Source: Psammoneis japonica
Lineage: Eukaryota
Length of the DNA stretch: 64,000 nt
Assembly: GCA_008632985.1 (NCBI GenBank)
Contig: QPGO01000252.1
Coordinates: 1 to 64,000 of the forward strand
Direction of reading: 5' to 3'
Translations under genes and position numbers: made by a program
In this document: in pieces, positions 38,640 to 51,489 of the stretch
Numbering within the stretch: the first letter of the stretch is position 1
Layout of the letters: each line of letters starts with the position of its first letter
Notes under the pieces: model-generated
The model's database searches: none
What the model was told of the DNA's origin: nothing
What the model saw: the letters and a program-made list of their open reading frames with translations, nothing else

Positions 38640-39685
38640 AAACTCAATGGTGTTCTTCTCTGAGCCACTGATGTGAAGAACAGTTTTCTGAACTGCAGCT
38701 CAAGAGATACACTGGGGAGTTCTGCAGCACTTGACACTTGGCTGTGCCAGCTCTTTCGCAGCACAAATGCACAGAAAAGGCACTGCTGTCACAACGGCAG
38801 TGAAGCAACCCAGTCAAATCATGCTCAACACTTTCAGTTTGTGGTTGTGTGCTGTGCAAATGCTGTGCAAAGCAAAGCTGAGAGTGCAAAAGAATTTGTT
38901 TGAAGTGACTTTTTTCACTGTTCAACACTTGGCCACCAGCTGTTTTTGTAACTTGCCAGTGAGGCACTGTGACCAGCCACAACACAGTGGTCAAGAATCC
39001 CAGCCAAGCTGTGCTCAACACTTTTAGTTTGTGCTTTCAAACATGTTGAGCATGTTCAAAAGCTGATGGTGCAAATAAATTGTCAGAGGTTGCTTTTTGC
39101 ATTGCTTGAAACTTGGTCACCAGCTGTTTCTGCATGCAAAAAGGAGGTGCTGCTGCCATTTCTGTGTTCAAGCAAGAACCCACCTGGGTCACTGTGCTTG
39201 ACACTTTCATTTTGCAGCTGGACATCATGGGAATGCCTGGAACCCAAGAATGCAAACAATTTGTCAGAAGTGAATTTTTTTGTGCTGCTTGAAAGACTTG
39301 GTCACCACCAGCTGCTTTTGCACCGCGCATGAAGAAAGCACTGCAGACACAATGGCAGCAAAACCACCCAGCCAAACTGTGTTCTGCACTTTTTTTATTT
39401 GTGACTTTAGATGCATGGAGCATGCTCAAAAACAGAGAGCAAAAACATTTGTCAGAACGAAGTTGTGTGCTGCTTGACATCACAGTCACCAAGTGATTCT
39501 GCACACACTGGCCTGCACACACAAAGGAGGCACTGTCACCACAACAGCAGTCAAACAACCCAGCCAAACTGTGCTCAACACTGTCAATTTGCAGCTTCAG
39601 GTGTGCAGAGTGTGCCCAGAAGCTCAAAGTGCAAACAATTTGTCTGAAGTGAATGTTTGTGCTGCTTGTCACTTGGTCACCAGGT
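38640..39685. repeat. Degenerate satellite, ~180-192 bp unit, at least 5 copies
   Basis: Anchor cccagYcaa..tgctcaacact recurs at ~38809, 39000, 39181 (diverged), 39367 and 39559, each followed by tgcaaa.aatttgtc.gaagtga and acttggtcaccag variants. Confidence 0.8.
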
Positions 39686-40182
39686 TGTTGGAGGAAAGTG
39701 TTGGTGGATGCAAAGCTTTCAGCAGAGACATTCCTGATTCTTCCACCAAGGAGGAAGTTGTGCCCAGGTCTCCAACACAAGGACCCACTTGTTCTGTCAA
39801 CAAGTGTTGGCTTTGATTTCTTGAACCATGCTTGTGATCAAGATGCATCTGAAGGCATCCAAAGTTGGGTTCTTGCACAGTGGGCAATTTGAAGGCGAAC
39901 GAATGAATGCATGCCACGCATGTGAGTGACACTGGGTTCTCACCTCCTTGGACTAGATGGCTGCAGTGGCCACCAGCAGGACAACTGAGGGTGAACAGGA
40001 ACCGCAAGCGATGTGGGTTGCCGCCAGCTACAACCAGAGAGATGTGCCATTAACACAGATTGGCTGTTGGTGTCAGTGTCCCACTCTTTCTGTGTCGTTT
40101 GTGGTTGTCCATGTACAAAGCGGGCATGCTCTGAGCAAACGATTTGGGGAATTAATTATAACATGAATTTATGTGATGTGCA

Positions 40183-41417
40183 TTACAATTCAGGGGCTTT
40201 GAGAAAGCTCTTCATGAAGTCAAACCAGTACATTCTCGTTAACTTCTCATAGTTGTAGGTTGCTGAGCGACCCACAATCTTATCATATGACTCTTCCAGT
40301 AATTCAGGTGTCACGTCATGCTCTAAATTGTTTACAAGCAAGACGGGCAAGTCATCAAACACCCGATACCAGCCATCGGTCCGATTAAGTGTGTCCACAA
40401 CGGGGATCGTTCCCATGTACAGGGCTTCCCAAGTGCGGTAGCAGTCGTACCCGTGACCAGATGGAGACAGAACAAACTTGGATCGTCTTAATTCTTCAAA
40501 GTAGTCATCCTCAGTTCCCATCCTGTAAGTATTCTTGACACCAAAACTGGCAAACTTCTTCAATGCGGACTTTGTGATGTTCAACCGGTGATCAAATCCT
40601 GGTGGTTGACCATGAGTAACTGCGTCCTGTTTGCAGACCAGGGCTGCTTCAAATGCTTGAGAACTTCCCCCCTTCTCCTTACTCCTAATGGTAGAGTATG
40701 CACTTTTGGGTGGTCCACACATTGTTGATGGTTTGTTATTACGGCCAACATGTTGGGGTGTTCAAAGTACTCGACAAGGTCGTCCATCTTACAAGCTCCG
40801 TTTTCCGGGGATTTCCAATAATCAGGGAGTTTCGATGTTCGCCCTGGTATATGTGAGGAAAGAGCACCGCCGTCCCAAGTAGGTTTCGCAATGACTACGT
40901 GTGGCTTCATTCCTCCAAAGTGAAAAAAGCTGCGAACGGACTTGCAAATGTCGTCTTCGTAAACAATGGACGGAGTTGTGTTGTTCCACACAACAGCTCG
41001 CTCTTCGGTTATGTTGATTCCTTCTGACTTCAACGGACTGCCGAAGAGATCAACAAACTTAAAATCAGCCGGATGTTCAGCCACAAAGTGTTCGTCAAAA
41101 CGCCCCCCGCGCGGACCCCAGCTGAGCAGGTTGCTCTCTTCATTTTTATTTGCCAGGATGGAAGCGTTGATGCTTTTGTAGAGGTTTGAGTAGAATACCT
41201 CTGCAGACGCCTCATTTCGCTTCGACCTCGAAGCGACGGTTCCGAGAGAATTAAGTGCTCTTGCATCGAAATATACACGGTTTTCCTTGAACCAGCTACT
41301 GATGCTGCCAATGAAGAAATTCGATAAAGTGAACAACCCCATTAGGACAAGTGGCACCTTCCGTATCGATGATGACTGTGGTTTTCGTTCCGAAGTTCCT
41401 TCGCTCGTCAACGTCAT
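40183..41417 (-). CDS. Exostosin/GT47-family glycosyltransferase, copy 1 (1-nt frameshift near 40595)
   Basis: N-terminal TM anchor (type II) and SKFVLSPSGHGYDCYRTWEALYMGTIPVV. Near-identical to 47643-48881 but reads atcaaatcc where copy 2 reads atcaaaatcc, so either an assembly error or a young pseudogene. Confidence 0.85.
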
Positions 41418-41725
41418 AATATATTGCTTGTTCTTCGTTTAGGGCCTAGAAGGTCACTGCTGCTCGTACTGTACACTGCACTTCTCTTTAGACTATGGGT
41501 GCTATCAGATTGGCCGTTTTTGGCAGATAATCATGGATGGAGCGACGAGGAGGAGAGTCGCCTCAAAAACATTGAAATACATAATAACGGCTACAATCAA
41601 TTCTTATATTTTCATATACGTTCATTTTTAAAAACAAATGAATAATCATTTTTTAAATGTAACAATTTGAACAACAGTCATAGTGTCGGTCGTCGCGGCT
41701 TTCAACGAATTCTTTTTCAACGGAA

Positions 41726-44700
41726 ATGTGTCACTGCTGTGGCAAGACAGGCCACAAGTCCCCAGAGTGTGGCTGGCATGACCACAAGGAGAGTGTCGCA
41801 TGTGACGGCTGCCTGGTGCAAGAACACCGGAAGGAAACTGGATGTCGGGGGACAGAGCCATGCACAGATGCAAGGCAGAGACAATGACAACTCATCAGTG
41901 GACAGCGACAATGTGAGCATCAACACCACCAGATCTGGCAAATCAACCCGCCGTTTTTCAAAGCCGGAGCAGCAGAGAGGTGCTGCTGCATGGCACAAGT
42001 TGCAACTGGTTGGTGAGCAGCCAGAAGTGAGTGTGAACAAAGCCAATGTGAACATTGAGTCAGATGACATCATCCTTGACAATGGATCCACCTCTGGGCA
42101 TGTTGGCATGTCAGCAAGAAACCATTGCACAACATGCAACTGGCAAGGATCAAAAGATTGACTCTCAACAACAGATGCTCCCGACAAAGACTGAACTGTG
42201 CTGGGATGGAGAGTTGTGAAGCTTAGAACAGACAATGCCACAGCAAACATCCTCAGTCTGAAGGATGGGTGGCGAACAAGTTCAAACTGCTGGGTGAAAA
42301 AACTGGCAAAAATGTCGTGGTTTTCAAAGTCAACGACATTGGGCTGTGTGCATTTTGCAACAAGCCAGAAATTTTTTGACTGCGTTGAAGAGCTGCAAGA
42401 AAGTGAGTTGCACTTGAGTGTGCTGTCAAAGAAAACAAAAAAGAAGAGCAACAAGAAGTGCGCAAAGGTGCACCTGGTGAAGTGGCAGCTCCCACATGGT
42501 GGAACAGAGTGGTGCCAAGAAGGGCCCACCCCGCTGCTCCAAGAGAGAAACAGCCAATGCTGAGGAAGCACTCAGGCCATGCTGTGAAGCTGGAGTTGCC
42601 AGTGTGAAGGATTTCAAGCTGTTTTTGCAATCAAACCAGGTGAAAAACATGACCACAGTCCCTGAGAACATTGACAGGATGCTGGAAGACATTTGGAGCC
42701 TCCCAACAAACACCATGCTAAAAGGAAATGCTGCAAGTGTGTGCATTGTTGCCACAAGAGGAACAACATTGTGGCATCACCATGTGAGACACACAAAAAG
42801 CAGAGAGAAAGCATGACCCTGTGGTGCATTGATGTTCTTGCAGAATTGTGCAGAGTCAAGCCACTGCACGTGATTGACAAGATGATCAAGTGCCAACCCA
42901 GTGTGAAGCTGAGTTCCAAGAACCATGATGATGCACACAATGCCCTGGTCATGATTCTACAACAGTCCATCATGGCTGCATTTAAGATTGATTTCATCAA
43001 GTGTGATCCTGCCAAGTTGAAGAACATCATGCTGGTGGAAGTTGCCGATGGCATTGACCTGGAATTGCTGTCAACAAACACCAAAGACCATGTTCCCAAA
43101 GTTGGAAGGAACACTCAGACTGTGAAAGAGTGAGCTCAAGCCTCAAGCCACTGTGCACCACATGCTGGGGAAGACAGTGCCCAAGTTGATGCGCAAGCAT
43201 GCCGTGATCAAGAACACTGTCATGTTGAACAAGCACTCACAGAAGGAAGGAATTTTGGACACACACAGACAACAAACTGTCACGCAATTGCAAAACCTCA
43301 TCTGTGACAAGCACTTTGGGAGAGTCTTCTTAGGAGAATTTGTCCTGTTTGAAATCTTGTTTGGAGAATTTGTCCTGTCCCACACCAAACCCCAGACATT
43401 GAATGCTGTGGAAGAAAGTGGCATCAACAGCATCCACCAGCAACCACATTGTGGCACTCCAAAAGGCAGACACCACACTGTGAACATGCACATCATGGGC
43501 AAGCCACTGAGTCCCTGCAAGTGTGCCAAGATCCCCCTGGCCAATGCACACATGCATGCAGTTGAGAAAATGGCTGTTGCCGAGGGCATGATTGAGGATT
43601 TTAAAGTTGCAGGTAGATGCAGGGATGACCCACACAATGCTGATTGGACTGCAGGAGTGGAGTGCAAAGAAACTGGTGCAGAAAGCAACAACAAAGAACA
43701 TGAAAGTGACAAAGAAAACAAAGACAAAACTGGAAATGCAGCAACCAATCATGAAGAGGACTGCAAAGAAGAACATGTGAAGCAGACCCTGACAAAGAAT
43801 GCAAAGAAGCCCAAGACATCCCAACAGACAAAAAGTCCAGCCCAAATCAGCAGCACAAGAAACAAGACCCCAACAAAGATGATGATGACCACAATGGCCA
43901 AGAGAAACATGATGACAAGCCACAAGATGGAAATGAACCAAGTGAGCACATTGAACAGTCAGCAACCAGGAGTGAAAGAATCTGTGGTGCAGCGACACAT
44001 CACCAGAGACACAAGGAAACAGAGCTGGAAACAAGAGCGCAATTTACAGGAATGGCAGACACCAAAGAAGAGACAAGATGCAAACAGAGCAAGCTTGTGT
44101 GCTGCTTTCAGCCATCTGCAAACAAATGTGTGAGTCCCAATCTAGAAGAGGACATGGAATGTGCTGACACAGAATCAGCAGGAATGGTTGTGGCACAATT
44201 TGTGCAAGAGATCAATGACCAATTTCAATCAGGAGAGGGCGTGTCATTTCCCCACCAGCATTTGCTGCATGAAGACCTCAAGTCATTTGGTCAGCAAGGA
44301 CATGTGAAACCTTGGAGAAGGAGATTAAACAACTCCACAACAGAGCATGCTTTGCACCAGATGTGACTTGTTTGACTGAGAGAAAGAGAGCCATGGTGGC
44401 CCCAATGTTTCTCACTGAGAAGCAAGATGGTCACATGGAAGGACAAATGGCCTGCAATGGACAACCAACAAGAGAGTGGCCAGACAAGGATGAGTCAGCC
44501 AGTCCTGCCACATCACTGGAAGGAACAATGACAACAACCATCATCAACACCAAGGAAAGGTGTGACGCAATGCCATTTCTGAGTGCCAGAGGCTGAACAC
44601 CCAAAGCAGTGCAGAGAGGCCAAACTCATCATGAGAGTTGACAATGTCATGACTGTGATCTCATGGACCAAGTCATTTGTGGAGCACCAAGGGCATCCAG

Positions 44701-44945
44701 TCAACAAGAACATCCTCCATCAGGACAACAAGAGTGCCGTCCTGTTGGAAACAAATGGGCACAAGAGTGCTGGGAAGTGGTCCAGAGCATTCAATGTTTG
44801 ACATTTCTTTGTCACAGATCAGATCAAATGGGGCAACTTGAGAGTGCAGTGCTGCCAGACAGATGACATGCTGGGAAACTTTGTGACAAAGCTGTTGCAG
44901 GGTGAGAAGTTCCAAAAGTGCAAGCAAGCCATCATGGGCTGCTGA
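41726..44945 (+). mobile_element. 5'-truncated, internally deleted CoDi-like Ty1/copia retrotransposon remnant
   Basis: Zinc knuckle CHCCGKTGHKSPEC (41729-41770), protease IILDNGST, integrase HVPKVGRNTQTVKE. The RT N-terminus (MFLTEKQDG..SASPATSLE) runs directly into RNase H (HQGHPVNKNILHQDNKSA..FFVTDQI..TDDMLGNFVTKLLQGEKF). No LTR pair found. Confidence 0.88.
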
Positions 44946-47642
44946 AGAGAAGGCAAGTGCAACAGATGCACAATTAGATGAGAATTCTGACACATGTGGG
45001 TGAAAGATCCCTGTCAAATGAGAGGCCAGCAGCGCCTCAGTTCCAATGAAACACAATTCTCAACTAAAGAGACTTGTTTTTTGAGAACATGTTGACCATG
45101 GAAGAGGTCATTCTCAATGTTGATGACATGTTTAATGGTGCACTCGACACATTGTGCAATGCGGTGATGCAACCATGGCCTGTGGATTGCTGGCTTAGGA
45201 TCAGAGACCATGAGACTTTCAAGCATCTGGTGAACTGCAACAAGTTCAAGTTTCTTGTGGCAGAAGGAAGACTGCAAAAATTCTGATGCACATGGGTAAA
45301 AGATCCCTGCAACCTGGAATGGGTCATGAACTGGCAATTTTGACCAGTGTCTCCATTTTGTTGTGGCGATGATTTTTCACACTTCATGTCAGCCACTGAC
45401 CACAAGTTGCCATGATGCACAACCTGACTTGCCATGCCACCACATTGCTCAGAAATGGCCTTCTGGCCATTGGGAGGAGAGGTTCAAAAAGTTGGACAGA
45501 AACAGAAGATGGGACAAGAGAACATCTGCCAACAAGTGCATGATCAACACACTGGCTGCATCAACCCACTGGAAAGTGTTCAACAAGATTGAGTTGCAGA
45601 CAGAGACCCATTTGTTCAATGAGACCTTTTGGATTGCTGCCAACTGCCATTGTTGTGTGGTCGTCAGTCCTGCAAAACAAAAGAACTCCTGGCTGCAGCA
45701 ACGCAGCATGGGAGAGCAGATGAAAGGCACAAACTCATGAGATGAGTGTGCAAGACATGCAAGACATGGTCTCATGATGTGCACGCTTTTGTTTCCACCA
45801 CAACACTGATGATGTCAACACACAATGATCTGACGACAGCGAACAAGATCAAGACATGCAGAGAAGATGTGACCCTGCACAAAGAGAGCTGGCAATTTGT
45901 TGGGAGTTGACCTTGTGAAAAATGAGAGCTGCATCACAGCAGAGATGGCCAATGAGTCAAAAAGAGTGAAGCACACCTCATGGAGAATTGAGTCACAGCA
46001 GGCACAGATGACAATGTGTTTCAGCTTGTTTTCACAGACAAAGATTTCAAAGATTTGCAGCAAAACAACAGCACCAGCAGTTGTCCTTCCTGTGGAATGG
46101 ACAAGAATGGGGTGTGTGGTCCCCTGATGCAGTTAAATTTAACCCAATGTGATGGACAGCCCCACTTTGAACTGGTTCAAGGAATGAACAGAATTGTCTT
46201 TGATGCCAAAAAGTTGCCAGATTTCTTCCATTGCAACACCCACAATGTCAAGCTCAAGACCAGATGGGTTTGTCACCGCACGCAGCACATGTGAACTTGA
46301 CCCCAGAAGTGATCAATGGTTGAAATGTGTGCTTGCTGCAAGGTCCGTTTGTTGAGATTTTAAGAGAGAGACTCATCATGCTTTTGTCATCATGCTTTGT
46401 GGAGTGTGTCCGTGGAGTTGCCAACACATTGGATGATGTGGTTGACTGCTCCAACAAGGGAGACAATGTGCCAACCTGCAAGTTTGAAAGACATGAGATG
46501 TCAACTTTGAAAAGCAATGGGTGCAGCCGGCAGCAATGTGATTGATGTTCCCAGCATGGAGCCCTGTTCCAGTTGTCTGATGCCAAGCAACAACATCAAC
46601 ACAATGCAAGTGGCAGGAGTGTGTTGGAACAATGAGTTCTTTTGATGCCTGGATCCAAGACATGTGTGACCCAGAGTTGTTGAAGAGAAGACAATTGATC
46701 TCTGATGTGGATTGGAAGAACACTTCTTTAGTGTGTTCAATGATCTCATCCACATTGATTGACAAATTTGTGTTTTTTTGTCTCACTCTTTTTTGGAGTG
46801 AATCATTTGGCTCACATGTTTGTTGATTGGTGTCAAGAGATGCACGCATTTCAGCAGTTGCAGAGTTTACATTGTTGACACCTGGGCACACTGCAGCCAC
46901 TGGAGTTTGCCAAGGCAAGTGCAATGAGTGGCACAGGAGACATCACAGGATTCCCCTTTTGGTGACATTGACTTGCTGGTTCAACACAGCTCAACTTCTG
47001 CAGCACTGAGCACAAGTTCTTGGAGCTGGTGCCTGCCACTGTCAGGTGTGTCAAGCCTGTCACATGTCTTTCAGAGGAAGTCAACAAAAGGTTTTGCTGA
47101 GTCACAGTTTGGCCTTTTGTCTGCTTCAAATTTTTTTCAACTTGGCTCTTTTCAGGATCTCCAATGTTGCTCTCTTGTGCACCCTTCACATTTTTGCCCG
47201 TTGCCATTTTCAATGCAAGGTCCCCAACAAGTGCCTCGTTGGTCTGTCAACAAGCACCAAGCTCCAATTTCTTGACATGTGATCAAGGTGCAACTGAAGG
47301 CATCTGCAATTGGGTTCTTGGGTGGCAGAGTGCAACCACCCAGCACAGTGGGCAATTTGAAGGAGAGCAAATGAATGCATGCCACGCATGTGAGTGACAC
47401 TGGGTCCTCACCTCCTGTGACTGGATGGCTGCAGTGGCCACCAGCAGTACAACTGAGAGTGAACAGGAACCACAAGCGATGTGGATTGCCACCAGCTACA
47501 ACCAGAGAGATGTGCCATTAACACAGATTGTCTGTTGGTGTCAGTGTCCCACTCTTTCTGTGTCGCTTGTGGTTGTCCAAGTACAAAGCGGGCATGCTTT
47601 GAGCAAACGATTTGGGGAATTAATTATTTCATGTGATGTGCA

Positions 47643-48881
47643 TTACAATTCAGGGGCTTTGAGAAAGCTCTTCATGAAGTCAAACCAGTACATTCTCGTT
47701 AACTTCTCATAGTTGTAGGTTGCTGAGCGACCCACAATCTTATCATATGACTCTTCCAGTAATTCAGGTGTCACGTCATGTTCTAAATTGTTTACAAGCA
47801 AGACAGGCAAGTCATCAAACACCCGATACCAGCCATCGGTCCGATTAAGTGTGTCCACAACGGGGATCGTTCCCATGTACAGGGCTTCCCAAGTGCGGTA
47901 GCAGTCGTATCCGTGACCAGAGGGAGACAGAACAAACTTGGATCGTTTTAATTCTTCAAAGTAGTCATCCTCAGTTCCCATCCTGTAAGTATTCTTGACA
48001 CCAAAACTGGCAAACTTCTTCAATGCGGACTTTGTGATGTTCAACCGGTGATCAAAATCCTGGTGGTTAACCATGAGTAGCTGCGTCCTGTTTGCAGACC
48101 AGGGCTGCTTCAAATACTTAAGAACTTCCTCCCTTCTCCTTACTCCTAATGGTAGAGCATGCACTTTTGGGTGGTCCACACATTGTTGATGGTTTGTTAT
48201 TACGGCCAACATGTTGGGGTGTTCAAAGTACTCAACAAGGTCGTCCATGCTACAAGCTCCGTTTTTCGGGGATTTCCAATAATCAGGGAGTGGCGATGTT
48301 CGCCCTGGTATATGTGAGGAAAGAGCACCGCCGTCCCAAGTAGGTTTCGCAATGACTACGTGTGGCTTCATTCCTCCAAAGTGAAAAAAGCTGCGAACAG
48401 ACTTGCAAATGTCGTCTTCGTAAACAATGGACGGAGTTGTGTTGTTCCACACAGCAGCTCGCTCTTCGGTTATGTTGATTCCTTCTGACTTCAACGGACT
48501 GCCGAAGAGATCAACAAACTTAAAATCAGCCGGATGTTCAGCCACAAAGTGTTCGTCAAAACGCCCCCCGCGCGGACCCCAGCTGAGCAGGTTGCTCTCT
48601 TCATTTTTATTTGCCAGGATGGAAGCGTTGATGCTTTTGTAGAGGTTTGAGTAGAATACCTCTGCAGAAGCCTCAATTCCCTTCGACCTCGAAGCGACGA
48701 TTCCAAGAGAAGCAAGTGCTTTTGCATCGAAAAATACCCAGTTTTCGTTGTACTTACTGATGCCAATAAAGAAATTCGACAAAATGAACAACCCCATTAG
48801 GGTGATAATTAGCACCTTCTGCATCGATGACGACTGTGGTTTTCCCTCCGAAGGTATAGGTCCTTTGCTCGTCAACGTCAT
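47643..48881 (-). CDS. Exostosin/GT47-family glycosyltransferase, copy 2 (intact, 412 aa)
   Basis: Single intact ORF with an N-terminal TM helix and the GT47 C-terminal motif SKFVLSPSGHGYDCYRTWEALYMGTIPVV. Confidence 0.9.
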   Translation of the reverse strand: MTLTSKGPIPSEGKPQSSSMQKVLIITLMGLFILSNFFIGISKYNENWVFFDAKALASLGIVASRSKGIEASAEVFYSNLYKSINASILANKNEESNLLSWGPRGGRFDEHFVAEHPADFKFVDLFGSPLKSEGINITEERAAVWNNTTPSIVYEDDICKSVRSFFHFGGMKPHVVIAKPTWDGGALSSHIPGRTSPLPDYWKSPKNGACSMDDLVEYFEHPNMLAVITNHQQCVDHPKVHALPLGVRRREEVLKYLKQPWSANRTQLLMVNHQDFDHRLNITKSALKKFASFGVKNTYRMGTEDDYFEELKRSKFVLSPSGHGYDCYRTWEALYMGTIPVVDTLNRTDGWYRVFDDLPVLLVNNLEHDVTPELLEESYDKIVGRSATYNYEKLTRMYWFDFMKSFLKAPEL

Positions 48882-49088
48882 AATCTTCTTTCCGCAGGAA
48901 GAAGGTCACTGCTCGTACACTGCACTTCTCTTTAGACTACGATGGTAAAGTATGGGTGCATAGACTACTGACTAGTAGAGGGCCCTACTGTATTCTTTGG
49001 GTGCATCGCCCTACCCCAATCCAAAAAATGCACCGTTGCATTGAGCGAGTGAGAGGAGTCGAGTCGTCGTCGTCGTCGTCGTCCAGTG

Positions 49089-49758
49089 TAAAGGTAAAGG
49101 TAAAGTACGATACCGGTAGCCCTAAGTTTCCATGTACGGTACTGTATGTACGTCAGCTACTACTTCCTGATCTATCAATACATATCAGTATCTACGTACT
49201 GTAGAACGCAATTTTTTCAAAGAGAAATGCTGCTTATGAAAAATATTCAAGGGNTTTAGAAGTTTTTGCAGATGTTACACATTCAACCGTCGATACTCCG
49301 TTTGTCAACTCCGTCTTTGGATAATACTATATATATGCTCGAATGACTGATTTAATGGCGTGGCGGGCGTGGGCATGACCTTCATTTGAATTCGTACTTA
49401 TGAAGAGACATTCTATTTATTGCCTCAGCATTTTGTTCGTTAAGTGCGTAGACCAGTACAAATCCTACACAAAAAGTCATATGCAGTCAATCAACATTGT
49501 TGTATATTCGTCATGAATAAATCATTTGAATGTTTTTTATGTGTCAATGGTTACATCATATTGCATTTTATGCTAGTCGTAGCCCCATAAAGGTAAAGGT
49601 AAAGTACGATACCGGTAGCCTTAAGTTTCCATGTACGGTACTGTATGTACGTCAGCTACTACCGGTACTTCCTGATCTATCAATACATATCAGTATCTAC
49701 GTACTGTAGAACACAATTTTTTCAAAGAGAAATGCTGCTTATGAAAAATATTCAAGGG
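49089..49758. repeat. ~165 bp near-identical direct repeat next to an assembly N
   Basis: 49089-49253 is repeated at 49588-49758. The first copy ends exactly at the N (49254), so contig or haplotype overlap is likely. Confidence 0.8.
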
Positions 49759-51489
49759 ATAGCATTTAAATAAACGTTTAAAAACGAAAAACCCGCGCGA
49801 GCCGGCAGCAAAATCTCAAACAACTACAGTACATACGGTATATACAGGGGGTTACCATATATCCTGGGTTTTGTGTCGGTTTCGTAACTCAACGTTTCTC
49901 AACGCGCGAACGACCCTGACTCGACCGGTCACAACAAACAAAAAACAGCAACCAACATGGCAAAAGACCGGCGCATGGCAAGCATCTCCACCGATGCCCC
50001 AACAATGCACACCTGCATTGTAACATGTGTTGCATCCTTTTCCCTCACTGGTCTTTTGCAGCCTCCTTCAGGTGAAATGGCAGGTGAAATGGGGGGTGGG
50101 CATTGTTCGCAAGGTCGCGCTGATGACGGTTGTGGCTGGAAGCAAAAAATCATTGCAAAGGGTGTGCCAAGTCAAGCACAGTGATGGTGTTTCCTTGCTG
50201 GCACAACCACTTTAACTTTTGAAACTTTGCCACTTGCGTTGAGTTGTCGTCACCAGCCAAGAAGCACAAACAGCAGGGTTGGCATGCACCTTGCCTCCCC
50301 TGCATCTGCATCTGACCCAGTGGTTTCTGCTGGTGCTGCTGCTGCTGTGGACCCTTGCTGCCTTTTCCCTGATCATGACACTGCTGTTGATGAGAGCAGC
50401 AGCACTGCACACATCAGCACTTCCCCTGCTCACGACGTGTTCCAGCCGCACGTGAACCAAATCGTGCACAAAAACGACATTTGCGCGATTTTTGCGCGGT
50501 CCCTAACTTACGATCGAACTTTCACCACCAAAAGTATAGATTTATACAAATATAAATGTTTTGCAACACTAACAAGACTCGTGTGAGTGTTGCAATATCA
50601 TTCTTATTGTACTATCTATGTTTTTCATTGCGTTAAAAGACTCGTAACACAACGGATGATTTTCGGCGAAAATATTGCCGTTATTTGGGTGTTACCTAAA
50701 TACATCTTTCTACGATGCGACTTGGTAGGTTTTCTACCTACAAAGAAATCTCAGTATAATTCTACTGACGTACAATCAGCATTGAGTCTACTGAGGAAGT
50801 TTATGATACATGTCCCATGAGGACTTGAATACCCCAAAAAAAACTATTTAAATGTTCATACTCCAGACGCCTATAAAAGCCAATCCGCTTAAGTATTTTA
50901 TATGAAAATGCTCCATACACTAAAAGATACATAATTTATATTCAAAATCGATTGTCGTTTTGTGCGTCACCTGGGATGGAACACGTCTCACAGCTCCTTT
51001 TCTCTGATGGCAGCGCTGCTGGCGCTGATGTCACCAGCGGCTCAGTTTGGTTTTGCCGTGTAATTTCTCAAAATTCCCTGGGATTACCACCTTTTACCCT
51101 GTTTTTCCATGGGAAGGGTGAATTCCTGGGGAATCGCCACGAATTGTTGTTCGTTGCACATGTGCTGAATGCATGAATGAAAAACAATGCATTGGCAATT
51201 CCCCGTGCTTCCCTTCTCGCACATTTCTGCGCGTTCTACATGCCGGGACATGTGCGGAACCACACACCAGATGTGCAACAATCAACCATCGACCGACCGC
51301 AGCCAAAAATGGGCAACACGCCATGGAGCGTTCATGCCCCATTTATGACGGCTCTTGTCAAACAAAAATGACACCAGTCAATCTAGTGAACAAGATTACG
51401 ATCAACAGTGTGAAGTAAAAAATGAACAGAAGTGTGATTGATGGTGTTGAGCAGAAAACCAGTGCATTGATCGTTGTGCTTGTTTTTCT

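Noticed and set aside
45000..47200. Degenerate ORFs downstream of the CoDi remnant, and a ~30 bp repeat at 44983/45279 as a possible LTR
   Set aside because: No TG...CA LTR pair, PPT or recognisable protein motif was found.
49089..49758. Biological direct repeat or mini-LTR element
   Set aside because: The first copy ends exactly at the N (49254), which points to a scaffolding or haplotype overlap.
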